64,000 bases of DNA from Candidatus Dojkabacteria bacterium (GCA_040006935.1 JBDTVZ010000001.1:359772-423771), one strand, 5' to 3'. Counted from the stretch's first letter, positions 18,963 through 30,114 are shown. The notes: generated from the sequence alone by a model not told the origin. Numbers and translations: made by a program.

Positions 18963-21497
18963 ATGTATATGGTTAAATTTAAAAGCAAATTACTACTATT
19001 AGTAACTGGTCTATTATTAGGTTCTCTTTTGTTACCTGTACAAAAAGTTTCCGCTGCATACTCTACAAGTGTAGGTTCACAAAGTATTTTTTCAATCACT
19101 TCCCCTGAAGTAAATTCTGTATTACCAGGAAGAGAGTGTAACGTTAGTACTATTGGTGGTTCACTTGGAGAAGGTATTGGCGGAGCAGCACAAACTATTG
19201 TAAGTAATAATTGGGATGCTGCATCTTGCGCAAATGCAAAAGGGGATACCGCAGGCCTTTCTCAAATATTGGATGGTCCTAGTGTACTTAACAGTGTTGG
19301 CAATGTTACTGCTGCAGTACTAAATCAAAGACCTGGAAGTGGTGTCGATTTTATACAAGAGAAAGTTTATGCAATCACCAATCCAGGATTAGTTTATGCT
19401 TCTACTAATCCAGAGCCTTCAACCTATTACCCTGGTGCTGGATCTGAACTATTAAGACCGATTCAAGGTTTCTGGGGGTGGTCTGTTAATTTAGTTTTTG
19501 GATTTTTGATTTTATTAATTATTGTAATTGCTTTTGCAATAATGTTTAGGCAAAGGCTTGGAGGTGCCGCAGAAGTGACTCTTCAGAATGCAATCCCCAG
19601 CATAGCACTTGCAATGATCTTAATTCCGTTAAGTTATGCAATTTCCGGCTTGTTTATTGATGCAATTACTTTAGGTACAAATGCTGTGCATGGATTTCTA
19701 CTAGGGCCACAATCTCCTGGAGCAGCAGTTTATGCAAATAGACCAAATAAAGATAAAGAAAATTGTGATTTACAAAATACTGACTTAGGAAACGGAGTAG
19801 ATTGCGATAGAGGTTTCTACGCAGATGATCCTTTAATTGATGTTTGGAGAGCTAAAGATAGAATTGATCTATCTGGCGCATCCACAACTATTGCACAAGG
19901 AATTTCGGATACACTTTCTCCAGGAAGTGGGGGAGTAAGTGCTAGGGCAATATTTAATTTTATAAGTTCAATTCTTAATTTTATTGGTGGAGGTGCAGCA
20001 GGATCCACAAATCAATACGCCTGGTTTGGGAATATTGTAAATATTGTAATAGGTTTACTTACAATTTGGATTGCTATTCAAATATTCTTTAAATTAATAG
20101 GTAAATATTTAACTTTAATTCTTTTCCCTGCATTTTCACCATTCATTTTTGCAACTGCTGCATTGCCAGGAAATGGAACAAAATCTATTGTTAGTTATTT
20201 AAAAACAATGGGTTCGGCAGCACTATTCTATATAGTTACTTACGCAATGTTTTTGCTAACTTTAATATTTACAGACCCTACTTTCCAAAATTCATTACCC
20301 GATTTTAGAACAAGCGGATATATTCCGCCTTTACTTGGTATTCAGGGAATAATAAAAACCTTAACAACAGGAGCAAACACATTCCCATTAACTCAATTAA
20401 TACTAACTTTAGTAGGTTTGGGAATATATTTCTCAATACCAAAAACATTAGATGGAATTGACGAAGCACTAGGAACAAAATTGGTAATACCACAATTATT
20501 AAAAACACCATTTGAAAGTATGCAAGAGAGCTTTAAAATCACAACACGAGCATTCCCATCTGCAGCTGCTACAGTTGCAAAAACTACTGCTGGTGGGGTA
20601 AGAGGTACTCTTTCCACAGCCACAAATGCTAGGTTTAATGTTCTTAGGGCCGTTCAAAGAGCACAAGGAATAGATGATAGTGACCCTAGGTCGGTTGCGT
20701 CTCAAAGAAGAAATGCCAATACTTTAAGAAGACAAAAGCTACTTGCAGATTTAGATAAAGCCGGAACAAATATCCCACAAAGGGCAGCAATACAAGCTCA
20801 ATTATCTCAATTAGATCTTGCTGAAGGTTTGCAGGGGAAAGAATTTAGTACCAAAGGAGAGGCAGATAAGGAAAGAGAGATTAAAGCGACATTCTCATGG
20901 TCAGGAACTGAGAAATTCCTTATTATTAAGACATCCGTTGCAGAGACTTGGAAAAAAGCTTCAAGGGGAGGTGCTTTTTTAACTCCTGAGTTAGGTGAAC
21001 TCTCTATTGAAGCAGTAAATTTTACTTTTCCTAATAGATTAAATCCACTTGAACTTATTGTAGGTACCGTAAATGAAGCAAGGAATATAGGATTACCCCT
21101 TCTTGGTACCAAAGAAATTTTTGAGAGTCCAATTAATGTTGGTGGTAGGGCACTTACTTTACGTAAAGCGAGAGCTCCTATCCCAGGTGATAAAATTCCA
21201 GGAAGTACTTTCCCTACTGAAGAAGGAGGTATTTTTGCTCCATTTAAAGTACCTGGTTCAGATGCATATATCGATTTATTTATTTCAGAAGATAATTCAT
21301 TTAACACTGATAATGGAAAAAAGATTAAATTTAAAATGAAGTTGTATTTCTCCAATACTAATGCAGTATTTGGTGCAGGAACTACTTTGGGTATCTTAGC
21401 TCCCGGTCAAGATGTTCCAACATCCAAAAGAGCTTTCAAATATGGGCCTTATGAATCTAACCCTGTAAATGCTGTTATACAATTAGTAAAAGATTAG
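18963..21497 (+). CDS. Large membrane protein with VirB6/TrbL-like polytopic core
   Basis: Signal peptide, multiple TM helices, 'ILFPAFSPFIFATAALPG' and 'IPKTLD' patterns typical of VirB6-like proteins; soluble C-terminal domain. Confidence 0.6.
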   Translation: MYMVKFKSKLLLLVTGLLLGSLLLPVQKVSAAYSTSVGSQSIFSITSPEVNSVLPGRECNVSTIGGSLGEGIGGAAQTIVSNNWDAASCANAKGDTAGLSQILDGPSVLNSVGNVTAAVLNQRPGSGVDFIQEKVYAITNPGLVYASTNPEPSTYYPGAGSELLRPIQGFWGWSVNLVFGFLILLIIVIAFAIMFRQRLGGAAEVTLQNAIPSIALAMILIPLSYAISGLFIDAITLGTNAVHGFLLGPQSPGAAVYANRPNKDKENCDLQNTDLGNGVDCDRGFYADDPLIDVWRAKDRIDLSGASTTIAQGISDTLSPGSGGVSARAIFNFISSILNFIGGGAAGSTNQYAWFGNIVNIVIGLLTIWIAIQIFFKLIGKYLTLILFPAFSPFIFATAALPGNGTKSIVSYLKTMGSAALFYIVTYAMFLLTLIFTDPTFQNSLPDFRTSGYIPPLLGIQGIIKTLTTGANTFPLTQLILTLVGLGIYFSIPKTLDGIDEALGTKLVIPQLLKTPFESMQESFKITTRAFPSAAATVAKTTAGGVRGTLSTATNARFNVLRAVQRAQGIDDSDPRSVASQRRNANTLRRQKLLADLDKAGTNIPQRAAIQAQLSQLDLAEGLQGKEFSTKGEADKEREIKATFSWSGTEKFLIIKTSVAETWKKASRGGAFLTPELGELSIEAVNFTFPNRLNPLELIVGTVNEARNIGLPLLGTKEIFESPINVGGRALTLRKARAPIPGDKIPGSTFPTEEGGIFAPFKVPGSDAYIDLFISEDNSFNTDNGKKIKFKMKLYFSNTNAVFGAGTTLGILAPGQDVPTSKRAFKYGPYESNPVNAVIQLVKD

Positions 21498-21556
21498 TAA
21501 TGTATAAAAATAATTCTTCTAGTGTATAATTTCTCTAAATATAATTTACAATACCC

Positions 21557-24181
21557 ATGATAGACTTAGAAGGAAATCCTAAAGTACAAGAAATGTTGGG
21601 GACTGCTCCTGCTAGTCAAACAGAAAAGGATAAGGCAGAAGCAATTCAAAAGACACTTGAGAAACTCAGAGAATTAGTTGGGAAAGCACTAGGCGTACCA
21701 GCTACAGTAATTCCTATTTTTGCAGTAGCTTCATTGCTCACTGGGAATCCAATACCTATAGCTGCCTTAGGAATTGTTGGTGCAATGGGCACAGGTTACT
21801 TAGTATATGATGGATATAAATTAATACAAAAACAAGAAAAAGACTTAACTCCCGTTGAGCAGGAAAGAGTAAAGAATCCTATAGAAACTGCCATTGATAT
21901 TGTGAAAAAACCCTTCTCTCTAGGTGGAAGTGCACTTATGAATCTTTCTAGTATTGCCGACCCTGACGGAAAGGGTTTAATAACTAGGTTTGTTAATTTT
22001 ATAGAGAAGAGAGGTGAAGGTGATGTTCCAAAAGAGATAAAGACACTTCTATCCATTTATAAAACCGGTATAGATGCTGTAACATTCCCAATAAAAGCCA
22101 CAGTCACTTTATGGGGAGTTGCTGCTGCAGGTATTCAATTAATTACTACATACAGAGGTTCCTTGCAGGCAGAAGCAAGAGATGCAGCCAAAAGTAAGGA
22201 GGCTGAGGAATTAAAAGCAATTGAAGATGCACTTAGAAAAAGTAAAGACGATGGTCTAGAATTCGAGAGAAACTTAGATCTTGCTTTCTACGAAGAAAGC
22301 TCTTTAGAACTCACAGAAAGCCAGCAATTCATCTTTAAACAAAAAGCCACAGATTTCATTCCAGTTTCAAATGATAAAACTATCGAAGAAAAAAATAAAA
22401 ATTACAGGGACATATTAATTAACGATAATTTGTTGGGGCAATTTGAAATTCCACTTAATGAGGCCGAAAATATTAATTATTGGTCTAAGAATATTGATAT
22501 ACGTAAAGGTATAACAGAAACAATTAGAGGTTTGTCAGGTAAAAATATAAAGGATAACGACCCAAATAAAACCGCAGAGTATGTAATAGACACAATGGAT
22601 GTGAATACATCTTCTAAAGGCTTGTTGGATTTCTATTACTTCTTAAGTGGTAATATCGACATGCTAACACCTAAACAAAAAGATAGGTTGAACCAGTTTT
22701 TTCAACAATGGTATGGTGTTCCTTTCGACCAACACTCACAGAATCCTCATCTTGTAAAATTTGTAGATCGACTAGCCAGAGAAGTTCTTCTCATGTATAG
22801 AAAAATAAGTATTGATGATAAGAACTCTCTTGAGGTACAACTAACACAGCAAGATGAATTAGTTGAGATGGTGGAAATGCAAATTGCTAATCCTGATTTT
22901 CTACCGAAATATAAAGATCTTTGGCTTGCAGGCGCAGGTGTTTCAGTAGGAGGAAGAGATGCATTACAACCTCAGAATACAAATGACCCTGTAAATTATT
23001 TTAGATGGATTACGATTCCCACGGTTGCGGAGGTTGATTCAGAAATCCAGAGGAATACAGGCCTAAGAACACAGCTTCAATCCCAATTTGCTCAAACAGA
23101 TTTCCCAATAAAAATGGCACACATTGTAACCTTAGATGAAGCAGAAACGGAAAATGCGTTGGAATCGATTTGTAGAATGAATCCAAAAGAAAATGAATTA
23201 TTCTTTAGATTAACAAAAGAAATAATTACTGATCCATCCTTAGCACAACAGATTAAATTGTATTTTAATACTTTCTTTAAGACAAATCCTTCATCAATCG
23301 ACGATACTAAGTTAGATCAGGTAATTAATAATAATGCACTAAAACAAGAAGTCCGTAATTTATTTAAAGAAATGAAAAGTTTAAAAGATAATACTAAATA
23401 TTTTCAAACAATTTCTAATGCAGTTACGGAATTTCTACTTCAACCTACTGTGGTTTCTCCTATTATGTTAGTGGTTGAAACTAGTCCATATTTTGAAGCT
23501 ATTTACGAATACTATGGTGGAAATGTTACAGATTTCTATGTTGAATTACAAAAGTACACATTAGGAACACCTAACTATAAGGCTTTGCAAGATCGAATAA
23601 TTGATAAACTTACAAATAATATCTACACACTTGATCAATTAAAAATTATTGTGGGTGATCCAGTCCAAAAAGCGGCATTACGTATAGCGCGAAATGATCA
23701 TTTTGAAAATGTTATAAGAGGTAATGTTTTGATTGAAGAAAATCTTTTTGGCCCGGAGGGTAGAGACCATATGAAATATTTAGATACACTTTCTGATGAG
23801 TTAGTTACATTAGGAATAATAGCAAGTAAAGATGAAATCTTACTACTTATTCCAGATATCGATGTTCAAGGTAAAGCTCCCTTAACCATTGCTGAGGTTG
23901 AACAAAATACACCAATAGGTACACAGTTAATCCGGGTAACGCAAGAAATTTTAAATAAATTTATGAATGCTACTGACGTAGTTGAGAAAGCAAAACTTTT
24001 AGAAATAAGCCAATTGTTAAATTCTATAGGTGCATTTGGTCGATTAGTTGGAGTAAATCCAAATCAAATTCAAGTAGACTATGAGCCGAAAGTATTATTG
24101 AAATATTTAAATGGGGTAAAAGTAGGAGGTACAGATAACGAAGCTATCTTCGCTAAACACCCTTACGGTTACGAGATCTAA
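21557..24181 (+). CDS. Hypothetical protein (874 aa) with N-terminal hydrophobic hairpin
   Basis: Long ORF with no recognised family. Confidence 0.75.
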   Translation: MIDLEGNPKVQEMLGTAPASQTEKDKAEAIQKTLEKLRELVGKALGVPATVIPIFAVASLLTGNPIPIAALGIVGAMGTGYLVYDGYKLIQKQEKDLTPVEQERVKNPIETAIDIVKKPFSLGGSALMNLSSIADPDGKGLITRFVNFIEKRGEGDVPKEIKTLLSIYKTGIDAVTFPIKATVTLWGVAAAGIQLITTYRGSLQAEARDAAKSKEAEELKAIEDALRKSKDDGLEFERNLDLAFYEESSLELTESQQFIFKQKATDFIPVSNDKTIEEKNKNYRDILINDNLLGQFEIPLNEAENINYWSKNIDIRKGITETIRGLSGKNIKDNDPNKTAEYVIDTMDVNTSSKGLLDFYYFLSGNIDMLTPKQKDRLNQFFQQWYGVPFDQHSQNPHLVKFVDRLAREVLLMYRKISIDDKNSLEVQLTQQDELVEMVEMQIANPDFLPKYKDLWLAGAGVSVGGRDALQPQNTNDPVNYFRWITIPTVAEVDSEIQRNTGLRTQLQSQFAQTDFPIKMAHIVTLDEAETENALESICRMNPKENELFFRLTKEIITDPSLAQQIKLYFNTFFKTNPSSIDDTKLDQVINNNALKQEVRNLFKEMKSLKDNTKYFQTISNAVTEFLLQPTVVSPIMLVVETSPYFEAIYEYYGGNVTDFYVELQKYTLGTPNYKALQDRIIDKLTNNIYTLDQLKIIVGDPVQKAALRIARNDHFENVIRGNVLIEENLFGPEGRDHMKYLDTLSDELVTLGIIASKDEILLLIPDIDVQGKAPLTIAEVEQNTPIGTQLIRVTQEILNKFMNATDVVEKAKLLEISQLLNSIGAFGRLVGVNPNQIQVDYEPKVLLKYLNGVKVGGTDNEAIFAKHPYGYEI

Positions 24182-24793
24182 TTACAGTTTCTTCTTTCTG
24201 CTTAAGTACAGTCTATAGAATAGATACAACACAATCGCCATCACTACCAAAACCCCTATCCCAATCTCAAACTGACGCATTAGTGTTAACAACTTATCCC
24301 AAGCCTCGCCGAGTAGAGAAGATACAAATGCTAACAGAAAACACCACAGGAAAGCTCCTGTAAAAGTATAAAATGCAAATTTAGAATAATTTATTTTTAA
24401 TATTCCAGCAGGTAAAGAAACAAAGGTTCTAACTACTGGTAAAAGTTGTGAAAAGAAAACAATCTTATCTCCATATTTTATAAACCATTTATCAACCCTT
24501 TTAAATTTCTCTTCATCAAAGTGCACTCTATGGCCGTGTTTTTGTAATACTGGCCTCCCACCTTTTGCTCCTATTGTATACATTATCGTTGAGCCGATAA
24601 TATTTCCAATTGCTCCAGCAAAGGCTACTAGAAAAAGATTCAATTCTCCTTTATAAACTAAATAACCACCAATACCCATAATTACTTCTGATGGTAGCGG
24701 AATGCTCGCAGATTCTATTGTCATTGCAAGAATAACTCCCAAGTAGCCTAATGATGAAACCAAACTAATTATCCATTGTGTTATTGAGAACAT
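24182..24793 (-). CDS. DedA family membrane protein
   Basis: IESASIPLPSEVI, PVVRTFVSLPAG. Confidence 0.93.
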   Translation of the reverse strand: MFSITQWIISLVSSLGYLGVILAMTIESASIPLPSEVIMGIGGYLVYKGELNLFLVAFAGAIGNIIGSTIMYTIGAKGGRPVLQKHGHRVHFDEEKFKRVDKWFIKYGDKIVFFSQLLPVVRTFVSLPAGILKINYSKFAFYTFTGAFLWCFLLAFVSSLLGEAWDKLLTLMRQFEIGIGVLVVMAIVLYLFYRLYLSRKKKL

Positions 24794-24794
24794 A

Positions 24795-27350
24795 TTATCT
24801 TAAAAATTTTTTTGTAATTTTACCTAAACCAAAAACTGCAATGAATGCTGCTACAGAAATTACTAGTATTTGTATGTGCATTTCGGCGGGAATTCGAACC
24901 ACTTTATAATACTCTCTAAATGGAAAAATAAAAGCAATAGTAACAACAATAATTATACCCAGCGAAACTCCGACAATACTTTTCAATTTTAGATTTGAGT
25001 AGGTTTTGAGGAAAATTGCAACTAAAAGCACTCCAAGCCCAGCAATCAATATTAATGCAACATTAGCAATAGAGTTATCATCCAAATTGATTGGTAAAAT
25101 AGTTTGATATATTCCTACACCTAGCAAAACTAGATAAATTATTATCGGAGAGATTATATCTCTTAATTTCCCCGCTTCCCATATAAGATATAGTGAATAT
25201 ATAAGACTGATTGAAAGTACAAATACTACAAGTCCAGTATTGATCTTATCCTGTGTGAGTCCCACAAAATCAAACATATAGAATACTAAAGTTATAAAGA
25301 GGAAGAATAAGAAACTCATTGGAATAGATGATGCCAAAACATCTTTAAAGAATGCAATTTTTTCTCGGACTTGTTGCCTTGTAAATATCACAACATAACT
25401 AGGTGCGCTTGTTCCTAGAAAGCTGAAGATTAGAGTAGAGGATGGATTAATCGGGATATTTCTTCTTATTAATGCAAAAAACAACGCTAAGAATATTACA
25501 AAGAATGACTTAACTAAAAACATTTTTGTAGAAATTTTTAGATTGAAAAGAATATTGTCTCCTTCGAAAAATATTTCTGGAATTTTTTGATAATCATTAT
25601 TTAGAAGTACAATGTCTGCAACATCACGCGCAATTTTTGCTCCACTTTCCATAGCAATGGAAACATTCGCAGCTTTTAAGGCAAGTACATCGTTAATTCC
25701 ATCTCCCACCATTGCAACTGTTTCTCCTTGGCTTTTTAGAATATTAATTATCTTCAACTTATCCTCTGGCTTAGCACGTGTGAATATGGACTTACTCATT
25801 ACTAAGTTTATTAAATCTTGATTATTTTCATCATTCTTAATGCCTTCGATTTCAGATAAATCTACAACTTGATTAACGTCTAGTCCTAATTTTTGAACAA
25901 TTCTTGTAACAGAAATTTTACTATCTCCAGAAATTATTTTTACTTTAATTCCTTGATCAGCAAAAGATTTTAATAGATTGCCAATGCCTGGATTTAATGT
26001 TTCTTCGATTATAAACATTACAATTTTATCAGTTTTGAAATTTAGAGGTTTATCGACACTGACTTTATTTTCACTATCCTCAAAATACAATCCAAGCAAA
26101 ACTCTAAAACCTTCTTGTTCTTTGGAAAGAATTAAATTTTGTAACTCTTTTTTAAAACTAGTTTCCACACAAGATAATAAGACGGAAGGAGCTCCTAAAG
26201 TTAGAACAATTTTCTTCCTGGCTGATTTTCCCAAGATTTGGCTAAACTTTTGTTTTGAAGTAAATGGAACTTGATCAAAATCAGAGATTTCTTTTTTGTC
26301 AAAACTCTTGTAGTATTTATTAATTACTTCTTGTGTTTTATTAACTCCAACCAATTTTGCACGAACCGAATTATAAAAAGTTCCAAAAATATTTTCTTTT
26401 AAATTGAAATATTGAACATCCTTAATCTTCATTTCGTTTGTAGTTATTGTTCCAGTTTTATCCAAACAAATTGCAGTAACATTAGATAAATCTTCAATGC
26501 TTCCACCTTTTTGGACTAGAACTCCTTTTCGATAAAGTTTAGTAATTGAAATAGTGAATGATAGTGTAAAAAGGAAAATTAAAGTCTGCGGAATAATTAA
26601 TGTAATTACAGTTGTTAAAGAGAGCAGACTAGTTTGCTGTGATGAGCCAATTGCTTGGCTAGTTAAATAACTTATAACACCACAAAATAGAGATGCTATA
26701 ACTAAAAAAGTGATTAGCTTATCTGAATTTGACTGTAATGGACTTTTACTTTCCTTATAAGTTGAAGCTTCGGTTCCTAACTTATTTAAATAATTACTCT
26801 TTCCAACACTTTCAACTTTATAATAACAATTGCCAGTAATAATGAAACTTCCAGAAAAGACTTTTTCTGTCACATGCTTTCTAATATAGTTAGATTCTCC
26901 AGTTAACATCGAATCATCTAGCTGTAGATAATTCTCTTCAATAATCTCACCATCCGCAATAATGCTTTCCCCTTCGTTTGCCTTAATAATATCTCCTTGT
27001 ACAACTTCACTTACAGGAAGAGTAATCTCTTCTGAATTTCGAATGGCAACAACAGTAAGCTGGAATTGGGATTTAAGTTTATCCAAAGTACGTTTTATCC
27101 TAATTTCATCAAGAGCCGAAATAACAGTATTAACTATTAGGAAAGTCGCAAAAGCCAATATTTCCGTATATAATCTAAAACTTCCAAGTGCTACAAGCAA
27201 AGGGATAACTATAATATTAATAAGACTAAATAAATTCTTAATAATTATCTTAAAATATGTTGGAGAATAAGAATCAATAACTTGATTCGAAAGTCCTAAA
27301 GACTTCTTCTTTTCCACTTCTTTTGAAGTCAATCCTTTTATTGTTTGCAT
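24795..27350 (-). CDS. P-type cation-transporting ATPase (CtpE-like)
   Basis: LTGES, DKTGT phosphorylation motif, SGD, MVGDGIND. Confidence 0.93.
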   Translation of the reverse strand: MQTIKGLTSKEVEKKKSLGLSNQVIDSYSPTYFKIIIKNLFSLINIIVIPLLVALGSFRLYTEILAFATFLIVNTVISALDEIRIKRTLDKLKSQFQLTVVAIRNSEEITLPVSEVVQGDIIKANEGESIIADGEIIEENYLQLDDSMLTGESNYIRKHVTEKVFSGSFIITGNCYYKVESVGKSNYLNKLGTEASTYKESKSPLQSNSDKLITFLVIASLFCGVISYLTSQAIGSSQQTSLLSLTTVITLIIPQTLIFLFTLSFTISITKLYRKGVLVQKGGSIEDLSNVTAICLDKTGTITTNEMKIKDVQYFNLKENIFGTFYNSVRAKLVGVNKTQEVINKYYKSFDKKEISDFDQVPFTSKQKFSQILGKSARKKIVLTLGAPSVLLSCVETSFKKELQNLILSKEQEGFRVLLGLYFEDSENKVSVDKPLNFKTDKIVMFIIEETLNPGIGNLLKSFADQGIKVKIISGDSKISVTRIVQKLGLDVNQVVDLSEIEGIKNDENNQDLINLVMSKSIFTRAKPEDKLKIINILKSQGETVAMVGDGINDVLALKAANVSIAMESGAKIARDVADIVLLNNDYQKIPEIFFEGDNILFNLKISTKMFLVKSFFVIFLALFFALIRRNIPINPSSTLIFSFLGTSAPSYVVIFTRQQVREKIAFFKDVLASSIPMSFLFFLFITLVFYMFDFVGLTQDKINTGLVVFVLSISLIYSLYLIWEAGKLRDIISPIIIYLVLLGVGIYQTILPINLDDNSIANVALILIAGLGVLLVAIFLKTYSNLKLKSIVGVSLGIIIVVTIAFIFPFREYYKVVRIPAEMHIQILVISVAAFIAVFGLGKITKKFLR

Positions 27351-27430
27351 TTTAAATCAGTTAAAGCCAATATCTGTTAATATTATCATAAGCTGATTGC
27401 TTAATGAACCTTATTAATTATCAATAAAAT

Positions 27431-27934
27431 ATGAATCATACAGACGAGAAATTACTTTTAGAAATAATATTAGAACATACTAGGAATAAGAGAGTCTTAG
27501 ACTTAACTGGTGGGATGTACACATTAGACTTAATCGAAAACGGTGCATCCGAAGTAATGGTAAACGAGAATAGAAAATCAGAAGTGACTAAATTAAAGAA
27601 AATGTCTGAAAGTGAAGTCAAGATAAGTCTTATGGATTTAGAATTTACAGAGTTTATTGAACTTTGTGAAGAAATTCATGAGAAGTTTGATTTGATAGTT
27701 TTCCACGATGATAGATTCCTCAACACAGATTTTGATTTACAGAAAGAACATAAGGAAATTATTCGTCAACTGCAAAATGAACTATTAAATGATGCCGGAA
27801 TTTTATTCTTTATAGTTAGGCAAAGTACCTTCATTTTGGATGACTATTTAAAACCCGGAGCAGACAAGTTAACTAAAAAGTTAAACGTTGATCCAGAAAA
27901 AAGAGCATTCCAATGCTGGGCATTTTATAATTGA
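27431..27934 (+). CDS. Degenerate RlmK/RlmI-like SAM-methyltransferase domain
   Basis: KRVLDL, GASEV, EKFDLIV, FDLQKEH, CW resemble the RlmK C-terminal domain; DPP replaced by HDD. Confidence 0.6.
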   Translation: MNHTDEKLLLEIILEHTRNKRVLDLTGGMYTLDLIENGASEVMVNENRKSEVTKLKKMSESEVKISLMDLEFTEFIELCEEIHEKFDLIVFHDDRFLNTDFDLQKEHKEIIRQLQNELLNDAGILFFIVRQSTFILDDYLKPGADKLTKKLNVDPEKRAFQCWAFYN

Positions 27935-27958
27935 CACCTTGGTGTCATTGCTTGACAT

Positions 27959-28056
27959 TACCACCTCATTTACTCTTGTAGCAGTTTGATACTGCATGAG
28001 TTAGATTACTCTTTGATCCTGGCATTTTACGAGGGACGCATAAATGCGTCCCCTAC
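27959..28056 (-). repeat. Composite REP-headed element, copy 3 (inverted)
   Basis: Reverse complement matches 6179-6277. Confidence 0.9.
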
Positions 28057-28193
28057 GAATCCCAGAATCTCGGAAAATGTCACCTGCATGACTACGCACG
28101 CAGGCACGGTGCCTGGACCCCACATGTCTCTTGTGAGGTAATGCTCCCCGTCAAGGGGGAGGTAGGAGGGGTTCTGCTGACTTGGACCCAGAG

Positions 28194-28248
28194 GTGCAAA
28201 TCTACACCTCCTCTCCCTTTGGGGTCGTCGTGTACCTTTGAACGGCCA
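28194..28248. repeat. ~55-bp repeat GCAAATCTACA..hairpin..TCGTCGTGTAYCTTTG..GGCCAT
   Basis: Second copy at about 41865-41918 with a different internal hairpin. Confidence 0.75.
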
Positions 28249-28300
28249 TATTCATCTTCTATAATAAAATGTTAAAATAATTTCAATTACTATTAGATTT

Positions 28301-30103
28301 ATGAACTTTCAAGAATTCGCAGAATTTCTAAATAATGTAGAACAAGTCCAAGGCAGGAATGCAATGACCGAAAACCTTGCTGCTTTTTTAAAAACAACAA
28401 CTCCTGAAGAAGCAAAGCATTTAATGTATTTTCTGTTAGGGAGACTAGCTCCTAAATTCGTTCCCCTAGAATTCAATTTTTCAGAAAAAATGGTTTTGAA
28501 AGCTTTATCTCAAGATTATCTTGATAATCCAAAAAGATTACTGGGTGAACTGGGTGATATTGGACTTGTAGTTTATAAATTAAAAGGAGAATTTAAAAGC
28601 ACAGATGCAAAGCCAAATTCCGATATTCATAAATTGGAATCAATCATGGAAGTTTATGACTTCTTAGTCAAACTTGCAAAAATTGAAGGGAAAGGATCTC
28701 AAGAAGAAAAAATCAAACTATATAAATACATTGTAGATAATTTAGATCCATTGAGTTCTAAGTATATTTCTAGAATTATTGTTGGAGATTTGAGAATTGG
28801 TTTTAGTGAAAAGACTATTTTAGATGCATTTTCATGGTTTATAACAGGAGATAAAAGTTTAAGAAAAGATATTGACATTGCATTCGGTGCAAGAGCAGAT
28901 GTAGGTGAGCTAGCAAAAGTTATTTTAGAAACTCCTAAAGATAAAATTGTTGAAGTTTTAGAAAATATAAAAATTATGCCTTTAACTCCTGTTGCATCTA
29001 AACTTGTGGAAAGAGAGGCATCCGCTCAAGCCGTGTGGGAACGTATGCCAAATTGTATTGTGCAACCAAAACTAGATGGTTTAAGAGGACAAATTCATTT
29101 GAGCGAAAAAAGAGAAGCAGCAATTTATAGTAGAAACATGGAAAGTTTAACAGACCAATTCCCAGAAATTATTGAAGGAGTGAAAGCACTAAAAGTTGAC
29201 TCTATTATATTAGACTCAGAAATTATTGGATTCGATTCTGCATCAGATTCGTATAGAACTTATCAGGACACAATGAAAAGACGGAGAAAATTTGATATCG
29301 AAAGTTTCTCCAAAGATATTCCTGTTAGAGCAATGTGTTTCGATGTGCTTTATTTAAATGGTGAAGATTTAACTACAAAACCTGTTGAGGAAAGAGTAGA
29401 AATTTTAAGAAAATTAATAGAAAAAAGTACTTCTGCGCTTACAATGTTAGAAACAGAACAAATGCAAACCGAAGCAGAGCTCGAAGCCTTTTTTGAAGAA
29501 AAAGTAGGCGCAGGACTCGAAGGAATTATTGCTAAGCAAATTGGAACAAATTACGATCCCGGAACTAGAAATTTTAAATGGATAAAGTTAAAAGCAAATA
29601 CAAAATCTGAACTTGTAGATACAATTGACGTAGTAGTAATGGGATATTTTTATGGACAAGGAGTGCGATCCAAAAATGGATTTGGTGCTTTACTTGCTGG
29701 AGTTTACAATGCCGAAGATGATAAATATTATAGTATTGGAAAAGTTGGCAGTGGATTTAAAGATGAAGAGGCTCCAAAAATGTTTGAAGATTTAACTAAA
29801 TTGAAATATTCTGAAGACGAGTTAAAAGATAAACTATTTCCCGATAATTATGTTGTAGAAAAGATTTTGTATCCCGATGTTTGGGTTAAACCAAAAATTG
29901 TTATGGAGATTGTTGCGGACGAGATTACAAGAAGTCCAAGCCATACAGCCGCAAGAGGTTTGAAAGCAAATGTAAAAGGTGATGATTCCGAGAAAGGATT
30001 ATCTATTCGTTTCCCAAGGTTGAAAAAATGGATGAGAGATAAAGATTTACCAAATTCTGTACAAGAGATTGTGAGAATGTACGAGTTGAGAAAAGGAAAA
30101 TAA
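28301..30103 (+). CDS. lig: ATP-dependent DNA ligase (N-terminal DBD, adenylation and OB domains)
   Basis: PKLDGLR (KxDG), LDSEI, CFDVL, EGIIAK, WIKLK, SIRFPR. Confidence 0.95.
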   Translation: MNFQEFAEFLNNVEQVQGRNAMTENLAAFLKTTTPEEAKHLMYFLLGRLAPKFVPLEFNFSEKMVLKALSQDYLDNPKRLLGELGDIGLVVYKLKGEFKSTDAKPNSDIHKLESIMEVYDFLVKLAKIEGKGSQEEKIKLYKYIVDNLDPLSSKYISRIIVGDLRIGFSEKTILDAFSWFITGDKSLRKDIDIAFGARADVGELAKVILETPKDKIVEVLENIKIMPLTPVASKLVEREASAQAVWERMPNCIVQPKLDGLRGQIHLSEKREAAIYSRNMESLTDQFPEIIEGVKALKVDSIILDSEIIGFDSASDSYRTYQDTMKRRRKFDIESFSKDIPVRAMCFDVLYLNGEDLTTKPVEERVEILRKLIEKSTSALTMLETEQMQTEAELEAFFEEKVGAGLEGIIAKQIGTNYDPGTRNFKWIKLKANTKSELVDTIDVVVMGYFYGQGVRSKNGFGALLAGVYNAEDDKYYSIGKVGSGFKDEEAPKMFEDLTKLKYSEDELKDKLFPDNYVVEKILYPDVWVKPKIVMEIVADEITRSPSHTAARGLKANVKGDDSEKGLSIRFPRLKKWMRDKDLPNSVQEIVRMYELRKGK

Positions 30104-30114
30104 TTGATTATGTA

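Noticed and set aside
20807-21355. 182-aa antisense ORF and the other short ORFs nested in long genes
   Set aside because: Shadow frames of well-supported CDSs, with no motifs
28301-30103. ATP-dependent ligase and class II RNR as prophage markers
   Set aside because: No phage structural or integrase genes; both sit among housekeeping genes
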